Shown here piece by piece: positions 22,327 to 24,000 of a stretch of DNA of 24,000 nucleotides (position 1 is its first letter; each line of letters begins with the position of its first letter). Made by a program: the position numbers and the translations under genes. Below the pieces are notes generated by a model. That model saw nothing but the letters and a program-made list of their open reading frames with translations. It was not told the DNA's origin and did no database searches. The DNA is from Minisyncoccia bacterium. Its GTDB lineage: Bacteria; Patescibacteriota; Minisyncoccia; Phycocordibacterales; JAACPR01. The stretch is from the NCBI GenBank assembly GCA_044375695.1, contig JBILMG010000003.1, positions 10,204 to 34,203 of the forward strand, written 5' to 3'.

Positions 22327-22950
22327 ATGCGGGCCTTGCCAGACAGCTTCCTTATCCTCTCGGTCGCCGTCACCCTCGTCTCGGTGGCGTTCCACGAATT
22401 TGCCCACGGCTACGCCGCGTACCTGCAGGGGGACCTAACCGCCAAGTACGAAGGCCGGCTAACGGTAAACCCGCTCAAACACCTAGATATGGTGGGGTCC
22501 ATTATCGTGCCGGCTCTTCTCCTCGCGAGCGGCAGCCCGGCTTTCGGCTGGGCCAAACCAGTCCCGTACAACCCCTACAACCTGCGGAACCGCCGCTGGG
22601 GCGCCGTGGCGGTCGCCGCTGCTGGGCCGCTCTCGAACCTGGCGCTGGCCCTGGTCTTCTCCCTCGTCTTCCGGTCTTTGCAGCCGGGCAGCCCCTACGC
22701 CGAATTTTCCCTGCTGGTCGTCTGGGTGAACGCCGCGCTCTTCCTTTTCAACCTTATGCCGGTACCCCCGTTCGATGGCGCTAAAATCCTGGGCGGCTTC
22801 CTCGGCCGTCACGGCCGATGGCTGATTGAGGCGCCGCTCTCGACGGCGCTGGCGCTGGCCCTGGTAGCCGCCTTCTTTATCTGGCCGATCATTTCGCCGC
22901 TCGTCGGAATTCTGGTGCTCTTGCTCACCGGCGGCGGCTTCGGCGCCTAG
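22327..22950 (+). CDS. Site-2 protease family (peptidase M50) membrane metalloprotease
   Basis: 207 aa. HEFAHG (HExxH) in the first TM region and NLMPVPPFDGAKI (NxxPxxxxDG). The ATG at 22327 overlaps a TATAAT box, so the true start could be the TTG at 22336. Confidence 0.85.
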   Translation: MRALPDSFLILSVAVTLVSVAFHEFAHGYAAYLQGDLTAKYEGRLTVNPLKHLDMVGSIIVPALLLASGSPAFGWAKPVPYNPYNLRNRRWGAVAVAAAGPLSNLALALVFSLVFRSLQPGSPYAEFSLLVVWVNAALFLFNLMPVPPFDGAKILGGFLGRHGRWLIEAPLSTALALALVAAFFIWPIISPLVGILVLLLTGGGFGA

Positions 22951-23208
22951 GCCGTTCACCCTTGCTTTCTTTTTAACGGTGTTGCTTTTTGAGGCACCTG
23001 ACGCTGGTGTCTTCCCCGGAGCGATTGGAGAGGTCTTCGTGGTTTCAGTGGTGTCGCCCCGCGCCTCTCGGGTCTGGCTATGTGACCGGCAAAAGCTGCT
23101 ACGCCGGCTACAGGCAGCCACGTTTTCTCCACGGGTCGACTTCAAGTCCCACTGAATGGCTGCCGCAGAAGCCTGCCCGTCCGATCGTCAGATCAGATGG
23201 ATGGCGTC

Positions 23209-23244
23209 GCCGCCCCGACTGCACGTCGGGGCGGCCTTCTTTTT
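23209..23244 (+). terminator. Intrinsic terminator in the S2P-rpsL intergenic region
   Basis: GCCGCCCCGAC-TGCAC-GTCGGGGCGGC (11 bp) followed by CTTCTTTTT. It lies ~260 nt downstream of the S2P stop. Confidence 0.65.
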
Positions 23245-23404
23245 AGGGGCCGACTGGTCTGGGCGGGGTAGGGGCCAGACCCCTTCACTTTCCCGTTGGC
23301 GCGTGGTAGCTTGCCGCAGCCCCCGACCGGGCAATTATTTTAGTAGCCGATCGCCGTGCTGGGCGACGGAACCAAAGAAAACCGACCTCGCCCACATACT
23401 GGCC

Positions 23405-23836
23405 ATGCCTACTATCTCTCAGCTCATCAAGCGCAAGCGCTCGACGCCTCGCCGCAAGACGAAAGTCCCGGCTCTGGCTCGCAGCTTCAACGTTCTCAAG
23501 AACCGCCCGGTCTTCCACGACTCTCCGTTCAAGCGTGGCGTCTGCACGAAGGTCACCACCAAGACCCCGCGCAAGCCGAACTCCGCTATTCGTAAGATTG
23601 CCCGCGTACGCCTCACCAACGGCCAGGAGGTGACCGCCTACGTTCCGGGTATGGGCCACAACCTTCAGGAGCACTCCGTCGTCATCATCCGCGGCGGTCG
23701 CGTGAAGGACGTTAACCTCCGCTACACCATCGTTCGTGGCCGCCTCGACTCCGAAGGCGTGAAGGGTCGCAAGAAGGGCCGCTCTCGCTACGGCGCCAAG
23801 ATGGACAAGAAGGGTGCTAAGGGCGCTAAGAAGTAA
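23405..23836 (+). CDS. rpsL: 30S ribosomal protein S12
   Basis: I chose the ATG at 23405 ([12 protein letters not shown]...). S12 motifs: [46 protein letters not shown]. It has a Lys/Gly-rich C-terminal extension. Confidence 0.95.
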   Translation: MPTISQLIKRKRSTPRRKTKVPALARSFNVLKNRPVFHDSPFKRGVCTKVTTKTPRKPNSAIRKIARVRLTNGQEVTAYVPGMGHNLQEHSVVIIRGGRVKDVNLRYTIVRGRLDSEGVKGRKKGRSRYGAKMDKKGAKGAKK

Positions 23837-23840
23837 TCCC

Positions 23841-24000
23841 ATGCGTCGCAAACTTTCCAAGAAGCCCGAGCTCGCCGCGGACCCGAAGTACGGTTCGCAG
23901 AAGGTCGCCAAGTTCATCAACCACCTGATGGAGCGCGGCAAGAAGTCTGTTGCTCGCGAGCTCGTCTACGGTGCCCTCGAAATCGTGAAGGAGGTAGCTA
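23841..24000 (+). CDS. rpsG: 30S ribosomal protein S7 (N-terminal part, runs off the window)
   Basis: [49 protein letters not shown] matches the S7 N-terminus. It is in the canonical position after rpsL. Confidence 0.9.
   Translation, partial: MRRKLSKKPELAADPKYGSQKVAKFINHLMERGKKSVARELVYGALEIVKEVA

Noticed and set aside
816-23941. Long antisense or alternative-frame ORFs overlapping confident genes, e.g. 816..1373 (-), 5413..6258 (-), 7427..8224 (-), 9372..10322 (+), 17349..18233 (+), 18660..19628 (-), 20307..20793 (+), 23285..23941 (-).
   Set aside because: These are shadow ORFs typical of high-GC genes. They have low-complexity Arg/Pro/Ala-rich translations, and each is fully covered by a gene with clear family motifs.
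1-24000. CRISPR arrays, tRNA/rRNA genes, transposases, integrases and known defence-system genes.
   Set aside because: I saw no regularly spaced direct repeats, no cloverleaf or T-arm (GGTTCGAATCC-like) signatures, and no ORF with recombinase, nuclease-helicase or other defence-type motifs.

Overview
GC-rich bacterial chromosomal window packed with short housekeeping genes. These are tpiA, pgk, a HIT hydrolase, recJ, a CheY-like response regulator with a histidine kinase and an overlapping membrane-protein gene, RNase HI, two TrmB-like HTH regulators, a ComEC split into two distant genes, an extra MBL-fold hydrolase, Fe/Mn SOD, rpmB, an M50 site-2 protease, and rpsL-rpsG. There are also two paralogous secreted Cys/Asp-rich repeat proteins. 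Start codons lack Shine-Dalgarno motifs and often sit a few nt downstream of -10-like boxes. Together with the gene content this suggests a Patescibacteria/CPR-like genome, but that is inference only. The outstanding feature is a ~3 kb stretch (about 12.72-15.80 kb) with no credible ORF on either strand. At its left side is an AT-rich island carrying two divergent, perfect-consensus sigma70-type promoters (TTGACA-N16-TATAAT on each strand). The rightward promoter drives a hairpin-dense ~2.5 kb RNA containing three same-strand type-III hammerhead ribozymes, with complete catalytic cores and cleavage after C14020, C14551 and C15706. The last one lies 90 nt upstream of a 128-aa orphan ORF that ends in a strong terminator. 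The predicted cuts would release discrete 531-nt and 1155-nt RNAs. The leftward promoter drives a ~350-nt ORF-free RNA that ends at a bidirectional terminator. I could not assign either RNA to a known family by eye. Smaller observations are a 16-nt direct repeat bracketing a single-gene insertion at the 3' end of the HIT gene, nested inverted repeats between tpiA and pgk, tandem palindromic operator-like sites, and RNase HI with a C-terminal hybrid-binding domain.
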